Shown piece by piece: positions 37,073 to 48,917 of a stretch of 64,000 nucleotides of DNA. Below the pieces are notes generated by a model. It saw only the letters and a list, made by a program, of their open reading frames with translations, did no database searches and had not been told where the DNA came from. Position 1 is the first letter of the stretch; each line of letters opens with the position of its first letter. Source of the stretch: Dehalococcoidia bacterium (GTDB taxonomy: Bacteria > Chloroflexota > Dehalococcoidia > Lucifugimonadales > G963668185); assembly GCA_965249225.1 (NCBI GenBank), contig CBDFLT010000007.1:198213-262212 (forward strand), read 5' to 3'. A program made the position numbers and the translations under genes.

Positions 37073-38569
37073 TTACACTCGTTTCCAGCGGAGATCGGGC
37101 TGGCGTGCCGCGCGTGCCTCGTCCAACCTGGTGTTGGGTGTGTCGTGTGGTGCCTCGTGAAGCAGTTCGGGACTTTCTCTGGCCTCCTCCGCGATCCTCT
37201 TCATCACGGCAATGAAGCCGTCCAGCGTCTCCTTCGACTCGGTCTCCGTGGGCTCGATCATTAGCGCCTCGGCCACGATTAGCGGGAAGTACATGGTGGG
37301 AGGGTGGATGCCGTAGTCGATGAGTCGCTTTGCCACATCCAGCGCGCTTACGCCGTGGCCTCGCTGTAGGTTCTTCGCCGAGAAGACCACCTCGTGCATG
37401 CAGACCCGGTCGTAGGGCAGGTCGTAATAGCCCTTTAGCTGACTCAGGATGTAGTTGGCGTTGATTACCGCGTCCTCGCTGATCTGCGAGATGCCCTTAT
37501 CGCCTAGAAGGCTTATGTACGTGTAGGCGCGCACCAGAACCCCGAAATTGCCCTGGTAGGCGCCCAATCTGCCGATAGTCTTAGGAGGTGCTTCGAGGTT
37601 GTAATGTTCCCGGCCATCCTCTGACTGCCGCTGCACCACTACGGGGGTGGGGAGGAACGGCTTCAACCTATCTGCCACCATAACCGGCCCCGCCCCGGGC
37701 CCTCCTCCGCCGTGGGGGGTGCTGAAGGTCTTGTGCAGGTTAGAGTGCACCACGTCGAATCCCAGGTCCCCCAGCTTGACGCGGCCGAGCAGCGCGTTCA
37801 AGTTGGCCCCGTCGCCGTACACGATGCCGCCAGCCTCTCGCACGATGCGGCACACCTCCAGGATGTTGGTATCGAACAGACCCAAGGTGCTGGGGAGGGT
37901 CAGCATTATCCCCGCCAGGTCGCGGTCGGCCGCCTCTCTGAGCGCGTCCAAGTCCGCGTTGCCCTGGGCGTCGGATGGAAGCGTAACTACCTCGAACCCA
38001 GCCATGTCGGCGGACGCCGGGTTAGTCCCATGAGCGCTGTCAGGGATCAGAACGTTCTTTCGGTGGGAGTCTCCGTTGGCCAGGTGAAAGGCCCTGACCA
38101 TCAGCATCCCTGTCAGCTCTCCGGCCGCCCCCGCCATCGGAGCCAGGCTGGTCGCGGCCATTCCAGTTATCTCCGCCAGGTAGTCCTGCAACTGGAACAT
38201 GAGCTTGAGAGCGCCCTGTACCGTGGACGCCGGCTGGAGGGGGTGTATCTGGGACATCCCTGGTACGCTGGCCATCTCGTCGTGCAGCTTGGGATTGTAC
38301 TTCATGGTACAGCTGCCCAGCGGGTAGTAGTTGGTATCTATTGAGAAGTTGAGCTGGCTGAGCTGTGAGAAGTATCTGACCAGCTCCCCTTCGGTCACCT
38401 CCACAAAGTCGAACTCGTGACGCAAAAGCTCCGCCGGCGGCAATACGTGCTTCGGCACATCCAGTGGAGGCAGTGTGGTTCCTATGCGCCCAGGCACACT
38501 GCGGTCCATGAGTAGCCTGCGACGACCGTCGTCGATCTCAATCTGTGTGGTTGTCATGACGCTCGTCAC
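37073..38569 (-). CDS. gcvPB: glycine dehydrogenase (aminomethyl-transferring) subunit 2
   Basis: 498 aa, with the PLP-lysine context NLHKTFSTPHGGGGPG. It follows gcvPA with a 4-nt overlap. Confidence 0.93.
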   Translation of the reverse strand: MTSVMTTTQIEIDDGRRRLLMDRSVPGRIGTTLPPLDVPKHVLPPAELLRHEFDFVEVTEGELVRYFSQLSQLNFSIDTNYYPLGSCTMKYNPKLHDEMASVPGMSQIHPLQPASTVQGALKLMFQLQDYLAEITGMAATSLAPMAGAAGELTGMLMVRAFHLANGDSHRKNVLIPDSAHGTNPASADMAGFEVVTLPSDAQGNADLDALREAADRDLAGIMLTLPSTLGLFDTNILEVCRIVREAGGIVYGDGANLNALLGRVKLGDLGFDVVHSNLHKTFSTPHGGGGPGAGPVMVADRLKPFLPTPVVVQRQSEDGREHYNLEAPPKTIGRLGAYQGNFGVLVRAYTYISLLGDKGISQISEDAVINANYILSQLKGYYDLPYDRVCMHEVVFSAKNLQRGHGVSALDVAKRLIDYGIHPPTMYFPLIVAEALMIEPTETESKETLDGFIAVMKRIAEEARESPELLHEAPHDTPNTRLDEARAARQPDLRWKRV

Positions 38570-39897
38570 GCCGCCTCACCTATCTCGCGCATGGCCACGG
38601 CCAGGGCGTCGATCTCCTCGCGCGTATTTACTTCCGTGAAGCAGAGAAGGGTACCGTCCTGGATCGAGGAGCTTACGTCCAGCCCGCCGATGATCCGGTA
38701 GTCCAAGAGCATCTCGTTGAGCTCAGTGGGGGGCAGGGGACACTTAACTACGAACTCTCGGAAGAAGGTGCCTTCGATGGGAAGAGAGAACCCGGGGATT
38801 TTTGAGATGAGGTCCGCTGCGTAGTGGGCCTTGTGGTAGCAGAGCTCGGCTACTTGCCTGGTCCCCTGTTTGCCCAAGGCCGCCATGTAGGCTGTGGTAT
38901 TAAGGGCGATGAGAGCGACGCTGGTGCAGATATTCGACGTGGCCCTCTCGCGGCGGATGTGCTGCTCCCTGGCCTGGAGCGTTAACACATACCCCGTGCG
39001 CCCTCTGGTATCGACGGTCTTGCCTACGATGCGGCCCGGCATCTGGCGTAAGAAGCGCTCCTTGCAAGCGAAGATGCCGACGTAAGGCCCGCCGTATGAG
39101 GGCGGGACGCCTATGGCTTGCCCCTCGGCGGCCACGATGTCGGCGTCGTACTCACCTGGTGGTTTGAACATACCCAGAGACGTGAGGTCTGAGTACACGA
39201 CCAGCATGGCACCATGCGCATGTGCTCTCTCGGACAGGTCCGCTAGGTCCTCCATGTAGCCGAAGAAGTTGGGCTGCTGCACTATGAGGCAAGCGGTGCC
39301 TTCGGTGATGGCGACGTTTTCTCTGGGCACATCTAAAATGTCGAGCCCCGGGGCCTGGGCGTAGGCACGAATCACCTCTTTGTAGGCGGGGGATACCGAA
39401 TCCAGGACCGCGATACGGTCGGCTTTTGTGAGGCGCGCCGCCATAAGGGATGCCTCGGCCAGCGAGCTGCTGCCGTCGTACATCCCGGCGTTTGCAGCCT
39501 CCATTCCCGTCAGCAGGCAGACCAGCGACTGGAACTCGTAGGTGGCCTGCAGCGTACCCTGGGAAATCTCGGGTTGATACGGGGTGTAAGAGGTCATGAA
39601 TTCGCCGCGGCCGGCTATCTGGCGCACCACGGCGGGAATGTGGTGACGGTAGACGCCGGCTCCCAAAAAGCAGGCGTACTCCCCTGGCACCATATTCTGC
39701 CTCGCCATGGCCTCGATGTCGTTTCGAAGCTCGAACTCGGAGCGAGGCGCCGGCAGGTTGAGGGGTGGGTCACGGTATTCGGCGGGAAGGGCATCGAAAA
39801 GCTCCGCCACCGAGTCCACGCCGATGGCATCCAGCATCGCGCGCCGGTCTCGATCGGTGTTGGGGACGTATGGAGATACGAAATCGCGGGTTGTCAT
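38566..39897 (-). CDS. gcvPA: glycine dehydrogenase (aminomethyl-transferring) subunit 1
   Basis: 443 aa, FMTSYTPYQPEISQGTLQ signature. Confidence 0.93.
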   Translation of the reverse strand: MTTRDFVSPYVPNTDRDRRAMLDAIGVDSVAELFDALPAEYRDPPLNLPAPRSEFELRNDIEAMARQNMVPGEYACFLGAGVYRHHIPAVVRQIAGRGEFMTSYTPYQPEISQGTLQATYEFQSLVCLLTGMEAANAGMYDGSSSLAEASLMAARLTKADRIAVLDSVSPAYKEVIRAYAQAPGLDILDVPRENVAITEGTACLIVQQPNFFGYMEDLADLSERAHAHGAMLVVYSDLTSLGMFKPPGEYDADIVAAEGQAIGVPPSYGGPYVGIFACKERFLRQMPGRIVGKTVDTRGRTGYVLTLQAREQHIRRERATSNICTSVALIALNTTAYMAALGKQGTRQVAELCYHKAHYAADLISKIPGFSLPIEGTFFREFVVKCPLPPTELNEMLLDYRIIGGLDVSSSIQDGTLLCFTEVNTREEIDALAVAMREIGEAA

Positions 39898-39910
39898 CGA
39901 CCGGCTCCCT

Positions 39911-40300
39911 CTAGTGCTCTTGGGAAGATAGGAAGCTGTCGTACTCCGCGGCCGTCATCAGGCTGTCGAGATCCGACATGTTGCTGACCGTCATTTTGAG
40001 GAGCCATCCTGACTCATACGGGCCATCGTTAACCATTTCAGGCTTTTCGATCGCCTGCTCGTTGCGCTCCAGGACGCGCCCGCTGATGGGTGAGTAGATA
40101 TCGGAGACCGCCTTGACCGACTCAACCTCACCCAGCTTCTCAGATTGGGTCAGCTCAGCCTCCACGTCGGGAAGGTCCAAAAACACCACGTCTCCAAGGC
40201 TTTCGGTAGCGTACTCCGTGATGCCGATTATGGCTACACCTTCCGATTCTATCCTCACCCACTCGTGTTCCTTTGAGTATTTCAGATCGGCTGGGTTCAT
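39911..40300 (-). CDS. gcvH: glycine cleavage system protein H
   Basis: YSKEHEWV...ESVKAVSDIYSP contains the lipoyl-lysine motif. Confidence 0.95.
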   Translation of the reverse strand: MNPADLKYSKEHEWVRIESEGVAIIGITEYATESLGDVVFLDLPDVEAELTQSEKLGEVESVKAVSDIYSPISGRVLERNEQAIEKPEMVNDGPYESGWLLKMTVSNMSDLDSLMTAAEYDSFLSSQEH

Positions 40301-41418
40301 GCGCTTTTTCTCCTCGAGTAGAAGGGGAGGGTGGTCACCTCGGCGTCCACGGGGCGGCCTCTGATGTCCACCTGGAACTTGGAGCCTGACGCCGTGTAGC
40401 CGGGGGGAACATAGCCCAAACCTATGTTCCTGTCAAGGGTGGGCGAATAACCGCCGCTGGTTACGTGGCCTAGCTCTTTGGAGCCGTCGGTCAGTGGATG
40501 ACCGTGCCTGGCAACGCCGCGGCCGATCATATTGAACCCCACCAACCGTCGCTCCGGTCCCGCCTCGCGTACGCGGCGGAGGACCTCGCCCGCGACGTAA
40601 CCTTCGCGGTCCGGGTCCACGAATCTGTCGAGCCCGGCCTCGTAGGGGTTGATCGAGGCGTCCATATCGTTACCGTGGAGCAACAGCCCTGCCTCCAATC
40701 TCAAGACATCCCTTGCTCCCAGTCCGCAAGGTTCCGCTCCCTTCTCAGATAACACGCCCCAAATCTCGGCGGCCTTTTCCTGGGGGAAGATCAGCTCGAA
40801 CCCGTCCTCGCCGGTGTAGCCTGTGTGCGCCACAAAGGCGTCTGTGCCCGCAACCTGCGTATCGACGGTGGCGAAAAACCTGAGAGACTCCAGCGGCGCG
40901 GGAGTGAGGTCATCCAGAATCGATAAGGCCTTTGGGCCCTGAAGCGCCACCATGGAGTACTGGGACGTTATCTCCTCTATGCGGACGTCGGGGGTTTTCG
41001 GGGCCCATCTGGATAGCCATTCCAGGGCCGCGGGCGTATTGGCGGCGTTGGGCACCAGAAGGAAGCTCTCCTCCCCACACCGGTAAACGATGCAGTCATC
41101 GATGATCCCGCCTTGCTCGTTGCAGATCACCCCGTATCGCGCTCGCGCCACCTTCATCTGGCTGACGGCCGTGCTGAAGATGCGGTCGAGGAAGCCAGGG
41201 GCGCCGGGTCCCCGGATGTCCACACGGCCCATGTGGGACACGTCGAAAATGCCCGCCCTCGACCGAACAGACCTGGCCTCATCGAGGATGCTGGCGTACT
41301 GGATAGGCATGTCCCATCCGCCGAAAGGCATCATGCGAGCGTCCAATGATAGGTGGACGTGGTGCAGGGCGGTGTGTTTTAGATTTCCTGGGCTCGTCAT
41401 GTGTTTCTCGCTGCTCAT
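40297..41418 (-). CDS. gcvT: glycine cleavage system aminomethyltransferase T
   Basis: LKHTALHHVHLSLDARMMPFGGWDMPIQY...FDVSHMG. I set the start at ATG 41418 (or 41400). The track start at 41493 lies inside or upstream of the predicted -10 element. Confidence 0.9.
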   Translation of the reverse strand: MSSEKHMTSPGNLKHTALHHVHLSLDARMMPFGGWDMPIQYASILDEARSVRSRAGIFDVSHMGRVDIRGPGAPGFLDRIFSTAVSQMKVARARYGVICNEQGGIIDDCIVYRCGEESFLLVPNAANTPAALEWLSRWAPKTPDVRIEEITSQYSMVALQGPKALSILDDLTPAPLESLRFFATVDTQVAGTDAFVAHTGYTGEDGFELIFPQEKAAEIWGVLSEKGAEPCGLGARDVLRLEAGLLLHGNDMDASINPYEAGLDRFVDPDREGYVAGEVLRRVREAGPERRLVGFNMIGRGVARHGHPLTDGSKELGHVTSGGYSPTLDRNIGLGYVPPGYTASGSKFQVDIRGRPVDAEVTTLPFYSRRKSA

Positions 41419-41492
41419 GCGCCTACGGCGTCGCCCAGACGGCAACCACCAGACGGGGCTGAGGAGCCGCGCGCTGCGGTAACACCACGCCA

Positions 41493-41521
41493 ATCGTAAT
41501 TGCCCGCTGTCGGACTGTCAA
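41493..41521 (-). promoter_or_regulatory. sigma70-like promoter for the gcv operon (TTGACA-17 nt-TACGAT)
   Basis: Plus-strand tgtcaa at 41516-41521 and atcgta at 41493-41498. Confidence 0.45.
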
Positions 41522-41943
41522 CGATTCAATCCCTACTCTTGGGGCCTTTAGGTTGTCTGGGAGCCGTTTGGGTTCTTCGTTTGCTCGGGACAAACTCAGG
41601 ATAGAGGGGAGACCGCATTGTCACTGTGAGCGAGGCCGAGAGTCTCTTCTCGCATGTTTATCGTACTAGTATTTGCAGGCTGCCTTCTCTCCGAGTGCGT
41701 CTCGGGAGCATCTAACTGGAGACAGCGTCTGTTGCAGACTACACAGGGTAGAATCTGATATAATTTCATATGGTACTATTGACCTTCTTGGCGAGGAGGA
41801 GGAGGGAATCCTCGGCGAGTTAAAACTTTCGGATTGCCCCCATAAAAGGTCATGCGCGGGTTTGCCTGTCGCCTATGTCCTGTAGAGCCGAGCTTGAGGT
41901 GTCCGGGGTTCCTGCTTCGTCGTCTTAGAGGCCGAATGAGCGG

Positions 41944-43782
<1,839 letters not shown>

Positions 43783-43796
43783 CCTAACCACCAGGG

Positions 43797-44663
43797 TCAG
43801 TTCCCAACTATCTCCTTGAACCGTGTGATCGCTTCAATGTGGTCCGTGGGCGAGGACAGTCCCGCCCCCAGGGTATTGATGTACGCATGGGTGGCCCCCA
43901 TCTCTCGCCATGCCTCGATGTCCTTGGCCACATCCTCCTCGTCCAAGCCCGCTATGGGGAGGTCTGCGTCGATCCCGATGTCCCTCGGATCACGGCCTGC
44001 CTGGATGGCGTAGTTTCTTAGCTTATCGACCATCCCCCGGCTGTTGTCGTTGGGCCTTTCCGTGGGAAACCAGCCGTCCCCCAGCCGCGCCGTCCGCTCC
44101 AGGACGCGGTCGACGTCACCACCGAACCACACGGGGATGGGCCGCTGGACCGGCAGGGGGTTGAGTCCGGCATCGGTGATGTGGTGCCACCGTCCGTTGT
44201 AAGTGACCAGCTCGTTGGTCCACAGGGCCCGCATCACCTCGATCTGCTCCTCGATGCGGCGCCCTCGGTTGTGGAAGTTCTCCCCCAGAGCCTCGAACTC
44301 GACGTCATTCCATCCGTTGGCCACGCCGAGCCTGAGCCGTCCGCCGCTGAGGACGTCGATTTCCGCAGCCTGTTTCGCCACCAGAACCGTCTGCCGCTGG
44401 GGCAAAATGACGATTCCTGTGACCAGCTCGATATCGGTCGTTATGCTCGCCAGATAGCCGAACAGCACGAATATCTCGTGGAACATGTCATTTTGGTCGT
44501 AGTAGCCGTCCCACCCGGGCCGGCTGGCGCTGTTGGCGCCCAGCACGTGGTCGAAGGCCAGAAGGTGGGAGTAACCTAGCGATTCGGCGGCCTGCACGTA
44601 GTCTCTAATGGCCACCGGGTCCGGACCTATCTCCATTTGCGGAAAGACAACGCCTATCTGCAT
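43797..44663 (-). CDS. LLM-class (luciferase-like) F420-dependent oxidoreductase, paralog 1
   Basis: 288 aa: MQIGVVFPQMEIG...GRLRLGVANGWN..E...G..F..RG.R..E.I. This is the typical TIGR03619-like LLM pattern (recollection). Confidence 0.75.
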   Translation of the reverse strand: MQIGVVFPQMEIGPDPVAIRDYVQAAESLGYSHLLAFDHVLGANSASRPGWDGYYDQNDMFHEIFVLFGYLASITTDIELVTGIVILPQRQTVLVAKQAAEIDVLSGGRLRLGVANGWNDVEFEALGENFHNRGRRIEEQIEVMRALWTNELVTYNGRWHHITDAGLNPLPVQRPIPVWFGGDVDRVLERTARLGDGWFPTERPNDNSRGMVDKLRNYAIQAGRDPRDIGIDADLPIAGLDEEDVAKDIEAWREMGATHAYINTLGAGLSSPTDHIEAITRFKEIVGN

Positions 44664-44711
44664 TCTGCCATCCTTTCGGGAAGCTCTCCGGGCCGTCGGA
44701 TCAGCGGTGTG

Positions 44712-45578
44712 TCAGCTACCGGCTACGTCCTTAAACCGTGTGATCGCGTCGATGTGATCTGTGGGGGTGGACAGTCCGGCACCCATGGTGTTGACGGACA
44801 CGTGGGTGGTCCCCATCTCTCTCCAGGCCTCAATATCCCTGGCCCATTCTTCTTCGCTTCGATCCGCTATCATTATCCCGCCATCGATGCCTAGACTGGC
44901 GAGGTCTCGTCCGGCCTGCTGGGCGTAATACCGCAGCTTCTCGACGATCTGCCTCGCATCTTCTCCGGGGTAGTCCGTTCCGAGCCAGCCGTCGCCGAGT
45001 CGGACCGTTCTCTCCAGCGCTCGGTCCAGAAACCCGCCCAGCCAGACTGGAATTGGGCGCTGGACCGGCAGGGGGTTGAGTCCGGCGTCGGTAATCTTGT
45101 GCCACCGCCCTTCGTACGTGACCAGCTCGTTGGTCCACAGGGCCCGCATCACCTCGATCTGCTCCTCAGACCTGCGTCCTCGGTTATGGAAGTCCTGGCC
45201 TAGGGCCTCATACTCGATGTCGTTCCATCCGGTGCCCACGCCCAGCCTTAAGCGCCCGCCGCTGAGCACGTCTACCTCCGCCGCCTGTTTCGCCACCAGC
45301 GCCGTCTGCCTCTGGGATACGATGAGGATGCCCAAGACCAGCTCGAGCTTGGTGGTTGCAGCCGCCAGGTAGCCAAACAGCACCAAGGGCTCGTGGAACA
45401 TGTGGGTATAGTTGTAGTCGCCGCTCCAGCCTGGCCGGCTGGCGGGGTTGGCGCCGATCACGTGGTCGTAGGTCTGTAAGTGGGAGTAGCCCAACGCCTC
45501 TGCGGCCTGCGCATAGTCTCTGATGGCGATGGGGTCTGTGCCTATTTCGGTTTGCGGGAAGATAACGCCGATTTGCAC
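44712..45578 (-). CDS. LLM-class (luciferase-like) F420-dependent oxidoreductase, paralog 2 (tandem duplicate)
   Basis: Also 288 aa and colinear with paralog 1. By eye it is roughly 70% identical. Confidence 0.75.
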   Translation of the reverse strand: MQIGVIFPQTEIGTDPIAIRDYAQAAEALGYSHLQTYDHVIGANPASRPGWSGDYNYTHMFHEPLVLFGYLAAATTKLELVLGILIVSQRQTALVAKQAAEVDVLSGGRLRLGVGTGWNDIEYEALGQDFHNRGRRSEEQIEVMRALWTNELVTYEGRWHKITDAGLNPLPVQRPIPVWLGGFLDRALERTVRLGDGWLGTDYPGEDARQIVEKLRYYAQQAGRDLASLGIDGGIMIADRSEEEWARDIEAWREMGTTHVSVNTMGAGLSTPTDHIDAITRFKDVAGS

Positions 45579-45660
45579 TCAGCTACTCCGTCAAGCAAGT
45601 GGCGGATCAAATACGTTCTCTCAGTAGGGTACTCAAGTTAAGGACAAGTTTATACCATAC

Positions 45661-47397
45661 CTAATAAGGCCGGTAGCGGTTGGCGATGGGCATGCGCCGG
45701 TCCCTGCCGAAGTTACGGGGCGTGATCTTGATCCCGGGCGGGGCCTGGCGGCGCTTGTACTCATTGCGGTCCACCATACCCGCGGCGCGTTTGACGACCT
45801 CCTCGTCAAATCCCATCGCCACGATCTCTTTGACGCTCTTGTCCTCCTCTACGTATGCCTTGAGTATGGGGTCGAGGACCTCGTAAGGCGGCAACGAGTC
45901 CTCATCCTTCTGGTCGGGCCTCAGCTCCGCGCTCGGCGCCTTCTCGATGACACTGCGGGGGATGACGGCCTTTGGGCCCAATGAGTTCCGGTACTCCGCC
46001 AGCTCGTAGACCATCGTCTTCGGCACGTCCTTGATGACCGCGAATCCGCCGGACATGTCTCCATACAGCGTGGCGTATCCGGTTGCCATCTCGCTCTTAT
46101 TGCCCGTGGCGAGCACCAGCCAGCCGAACTTGTTGGATACGGCCATGATCAGGTTTCCTCGAATACGCGACTGGATATTCTCCTCCGCGACCCCGGACTC
46201 GGTGCCCTCGAACTGAGAGGAGAGGCTGTCGAGGTAAGCGGAAAAGGCGTCCTCGATGGGGACCGTCCAAAGCTCCATGCCCAGGTTGTCCGCCACTTCC
46301 CTGGCGTCCAGAAGGCTGCCCTCGGAGGAGAACCGGGACGGCATGGCGATGCCCAGGACGTTTTGTCCACCGAGTGCATCGGCGGCCACGGCCGCGACGA
46401 GGCTGGAGTCGATGCCGCCCGAAAGGGCGAGGATCACCTTGTCGAAGCCGCTCTTGCCCACGTAGTCGCGCGTTCCCACCACCAATGCTGTGTACACTTC
46501 GCCCGCGCCGCTGTAGATGCTCAACCGTCGCTTGGGGATTGGGGGCCTCTCGGAGTTTGAGGAGTAAGAGGAAACCGAGACTACCTTCGAATCGCCTATC
46601 TGTTGGGCGGCGATCGGTCTCTCCTTACGTCGCTGTGCCACCGGGGGTCTGGAGCGGGTGTCCCGCTCCACCTCCAGGTCCTCGACTATCAGTTCTTCCT
46701 CGAACTGGCTTCCTTGGGCGACGACCTCTCCGGCGGGATTCAGGACCATGCTCCCCCCGTCGAACACCAGCTCGTCCTGACCGCCCACCAGGTTGACGTA
46801 TGCCACGAAGAGATCGTTTCCAGACGCGCGAGTCGCCAGCATTCTCTGCCGTTCGCCGCGTTTACCCGTATGATACGGCGAGCCGTTGATGTTGGCGATG
46901 ACCTCGGCGCCCGCCGCCCGCTGGACCACAGCCGGTCCAGTCGCGGACCAGATGTCCTCGCAGATGTTGACGCCGACAGGCGTGCCGTTCAGCACGAACA
47001 CGGGGCACTCGGCGCCCGACGTGAAGTACCGCTCCTCGTCGAATACGCCGTAGTTCGGCAGGCGTATCTTGTGGTAAACGCCCACCAGTTCTCCATCGTA
47101 CGCTACGGCCGCGGCGTTGTAGGTGTGTGAGTCGGCGTCGGCGAACCCCACGATCACCCCGATGCCTTTGGAAGCCTTGACGACTTCCTGCATCCGGTCC
47201 ATGTTTTCGCGTAGGAACTGGGGCTTGAACAGGAGGTCTTCAGGCGGGTAGCCGGTGATGGCCAGCTCGGGGAAGGTAATGAGGTCGGCCTGGAGGGAAC
47301 GTGCGTCGTCGATGTATTCCAGTATCTTCCTGGTGTTGCCCTCAAGGTCTCCGACGGTGACATTGAGCTGGGCCATCGCCAGTCTTAAGGTGCGCAT
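45661..47397 (-). CDS. nadE: glutamine-dependent NAD+ synthetase
   Basis: N-terminal CN-hydrolase domain (LRLAMAQLNVTVGD...FPELAITGYPPEDL...ICEDIW) and C-terminal synthetase P-loop (LSGGIDSS). Start at ATG 47397. Confidence 0.9.
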   Translation of the reverse strand: MRTLRLAMAQLNVTVGDLEGNTRKILEYIDDARSLQADLITFPELAITGYPPEDLLFKPQFLRENMDRMQEVVKASKGIGVIVGFADADSHTYNAAAVAYDGELVGVYHKIRLPNYGVFDEERYFTSGAECPVFVLNGTPVGVNICEDIWSATGPAVVQRAAGAEVIANINGSPYHTGKRGERQRMLATRASGNDLFVAYVNLVGGQDELVFDGGSMVLNPAGEVVAQGSQFEEELIVEDLEVERDTRSRPPVAQRRKERPIAAQQIGDSKVVSVSSYSSNSERPPIPKRRLSIYSGAGEVYTALVVGTRDYVGKSGFDKVILALSGGIDSSLVAAVAADALGGQNVLGIAMPSRFSSEGSLLDAREVADNLGMELWTVPIEDAFSAYLDSLSSQFEGTESGVAEENIQSRIRGNLIMAVSNKFGWLVLATGNKSEMATGYATLYGDMSGGFAVIKDVPKTMVYELAEYRNSLGPKAVIPRSVIEKAPSAELRPDQKDEDSLPPYEVLDPILKAYVEEDKSVKEIVAMGFDEEVVKRAAGMVDRNEYKRRQAPPGIKITPRNFGRDRRMPIANRYRPY

Positions 47398-47573
47398 CGA
47401 CACTGGGTTCCGCTCACCGAGTGGGTTGAGCCAAGTATAACATAGGCGGCCTACCAGGGCCGTGGACACCTGGGTGGGAGGGATTTCATTCGTCGCCGTG
47501 CTGGCCTTTCGGCCACACTAATACGCCGTCAGTCGTGAAGGGACCGCCTAGGCCGTCATCTGAGAGACAGGCT

Positions 47574-48740
47574 CTAAGACCTGTTTGCCACGAACTGGTT
47601 GATCCGCTCCAGGGCCTTCTCGATGTTCTCTGCCGAGTTGGCGAACGAGAAACGCACGTAGCCACGGCCGAACTCCCCGAACGCCTCGCCCGCGAGGGAT
47701 GCGACCCCCGCCTGCTGCAGGAGATCATCGGCGAACTCACGGCTGGTCATACCCGTTTCCTCGATGTTAGGGAAGACGTAGAAGGCTCCTCCCGGCATCT
47801 GGCAGCGTATTCCACCGATGCTGTTTAGCCCGTTTACGATAAGGTCGCGCCGCTTCTTGAACTCCGCGACTATCTGGTGAGCGTCCTCCTGCGGGCCGTT
47901 CAGCGCTTCCAGGCAGGCCATCTGGGTGAAGCTGGCGGTACAGGAAGCGCTGTTGGTGATCAGGCGGCTGATGGGCTCCACGAGCTCCTGGGGCATCACA
48001 CCGTAACCCGCGCGCCAGCCGGTCATGGCGTACGTCTTGGAGAAGCCGTCCAGGATAATAGTCCGCTCGGCAAGACCCGGAAACTGGGTGATGCTCTCAT
48101 GCTGCCCCTCGTATAGAAAACGGCTGTAAATCTCGTCCGACAGGACAACGACGTCGTTCTTGTGCGCGAGCTCCGCCAGCGCCTCGAGGGAGTCTAGTCC
48201 CATTATGCTTCCGCAGGGGTTGTGGGGCGAGTTTACAATCATCAGCTTGGTCTTGGGCGATACCTGGCTGGTGACCTCCTCGATGTCTACGCCGAAGTCC
48301 TTGGACTCGTAGAGCTTCATGGGAACAGGCACTCCCCCCACGAATCGGATCATCGACTCGTAGATCGGAAAACCGGGGTTGGGGTAGAGCACCTCGTCGC
48401 CCTCGTCTACCAGGGCGAGGATGGCGAAGAACATGATCGGCTTGCCCCCTGGCGTGATGACCACGTTGTCGCCCGACACCGATATATTCCTCGTACGGGC
48501 GACCTCCTGGGCGATGCGATTACGGACCTCGGGATAACCCGGCGAGGGGTTGTAGTGGGTGTAGCCGTTGCTCAGCGCATCCTTGGCCGCCTGTATGATA
48601 TTGTTGGGGGTGTCGAAATCGGGCTCGCCGATCTCCAAATGGACCACGTCCATACCCTGTGCCTCCAGGGCCTTAGCCTTGACCAGGACTTCGAAGGCCG
48701 TCTCCGTTCCCAGGCGACTCATACGCTCAGCCAACTTCAT
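47574..48740 (-). CDS. pyridoxal phosphate-dependent aminotransferase (class I, AspC-like)
   Basis: MKLAERMSRLGTETAFEVL...HLEIGEPDFDTP...NSPHNPCG...SKTYAMTGWRAGY. Start at ATG 48740; the track N-terminal extension is not aminotransferase-like. Confidence 0.85.
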   Translation of the reverse strand: MKLAERMSRLGTETAFEVLVKAKALEAQGMDVVHLEIGEPDFDTPNNIIQAAKDALSNGYTHYNPSPGYPEVRNRIAQEVARTRNISVSGDNVVITPGGKPIMFFAILALVDEGDEVLYPNPGFPIYESMIRFVGGVPVPMKLYESKDFGVDIEEVTSQVSPKTKLMIVNSPHNPCGSIMGLDSLEALAELAHKNDVVVLSDEIYSRFLYEGQHESITQFPGLAERTIILDGFSKTYAMTGWRAGYGVMPQELVEPISRLITNSASCTASFTQMACLEALNGPQEDAHQIVAEFKKRRDLIVNGLNSIGGIRCQMPGGAFYVFPNIEETGMTSREFADDLLQQAGVASLAGEAFGEFGRGYVRFSFANSAENIEKALERINQFVANRS

Positions 48741-48917
48741 TGCTCGCTCCCCTGGAAGGTATTTCAAAAGGCTCGGTGGCCGGTGGGTAGTATACACTGA
48801 CGTGCCGGCTTTCGGAACAGATGGTGGATGGGTTCCGCCTCGGCGCGCCTTACACCGGGTGATGTGTGATAAAATCGCACTCAGGGGAAATCTCGGGTTT
48901 CTTCGGAGAACCGGTTT

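Noticed and set aside
41419-41660. Glycine riboswitch expected upstream of gcvT.
   Set aside because: On the gcvT (minus) strand I could not find the conserved GGAGAG...ACCGAAGGGGCAA...CUCAGGCAAAAGGAC elements. Weak look-alikes (TCTGGGAG, GGGACAA, CTCAGGATAGAGGGGA) occur only on the opposite strand. A covariance-model scan (Rfam RF00504) would settle it.
41673-41885. 70-aa ORF in the gcvT-ftsH intergenic region.
   Set aside because: It has no RBS, no motif and an odd composition. It is more likely the promoter and 5'-UTR region of ftsH.
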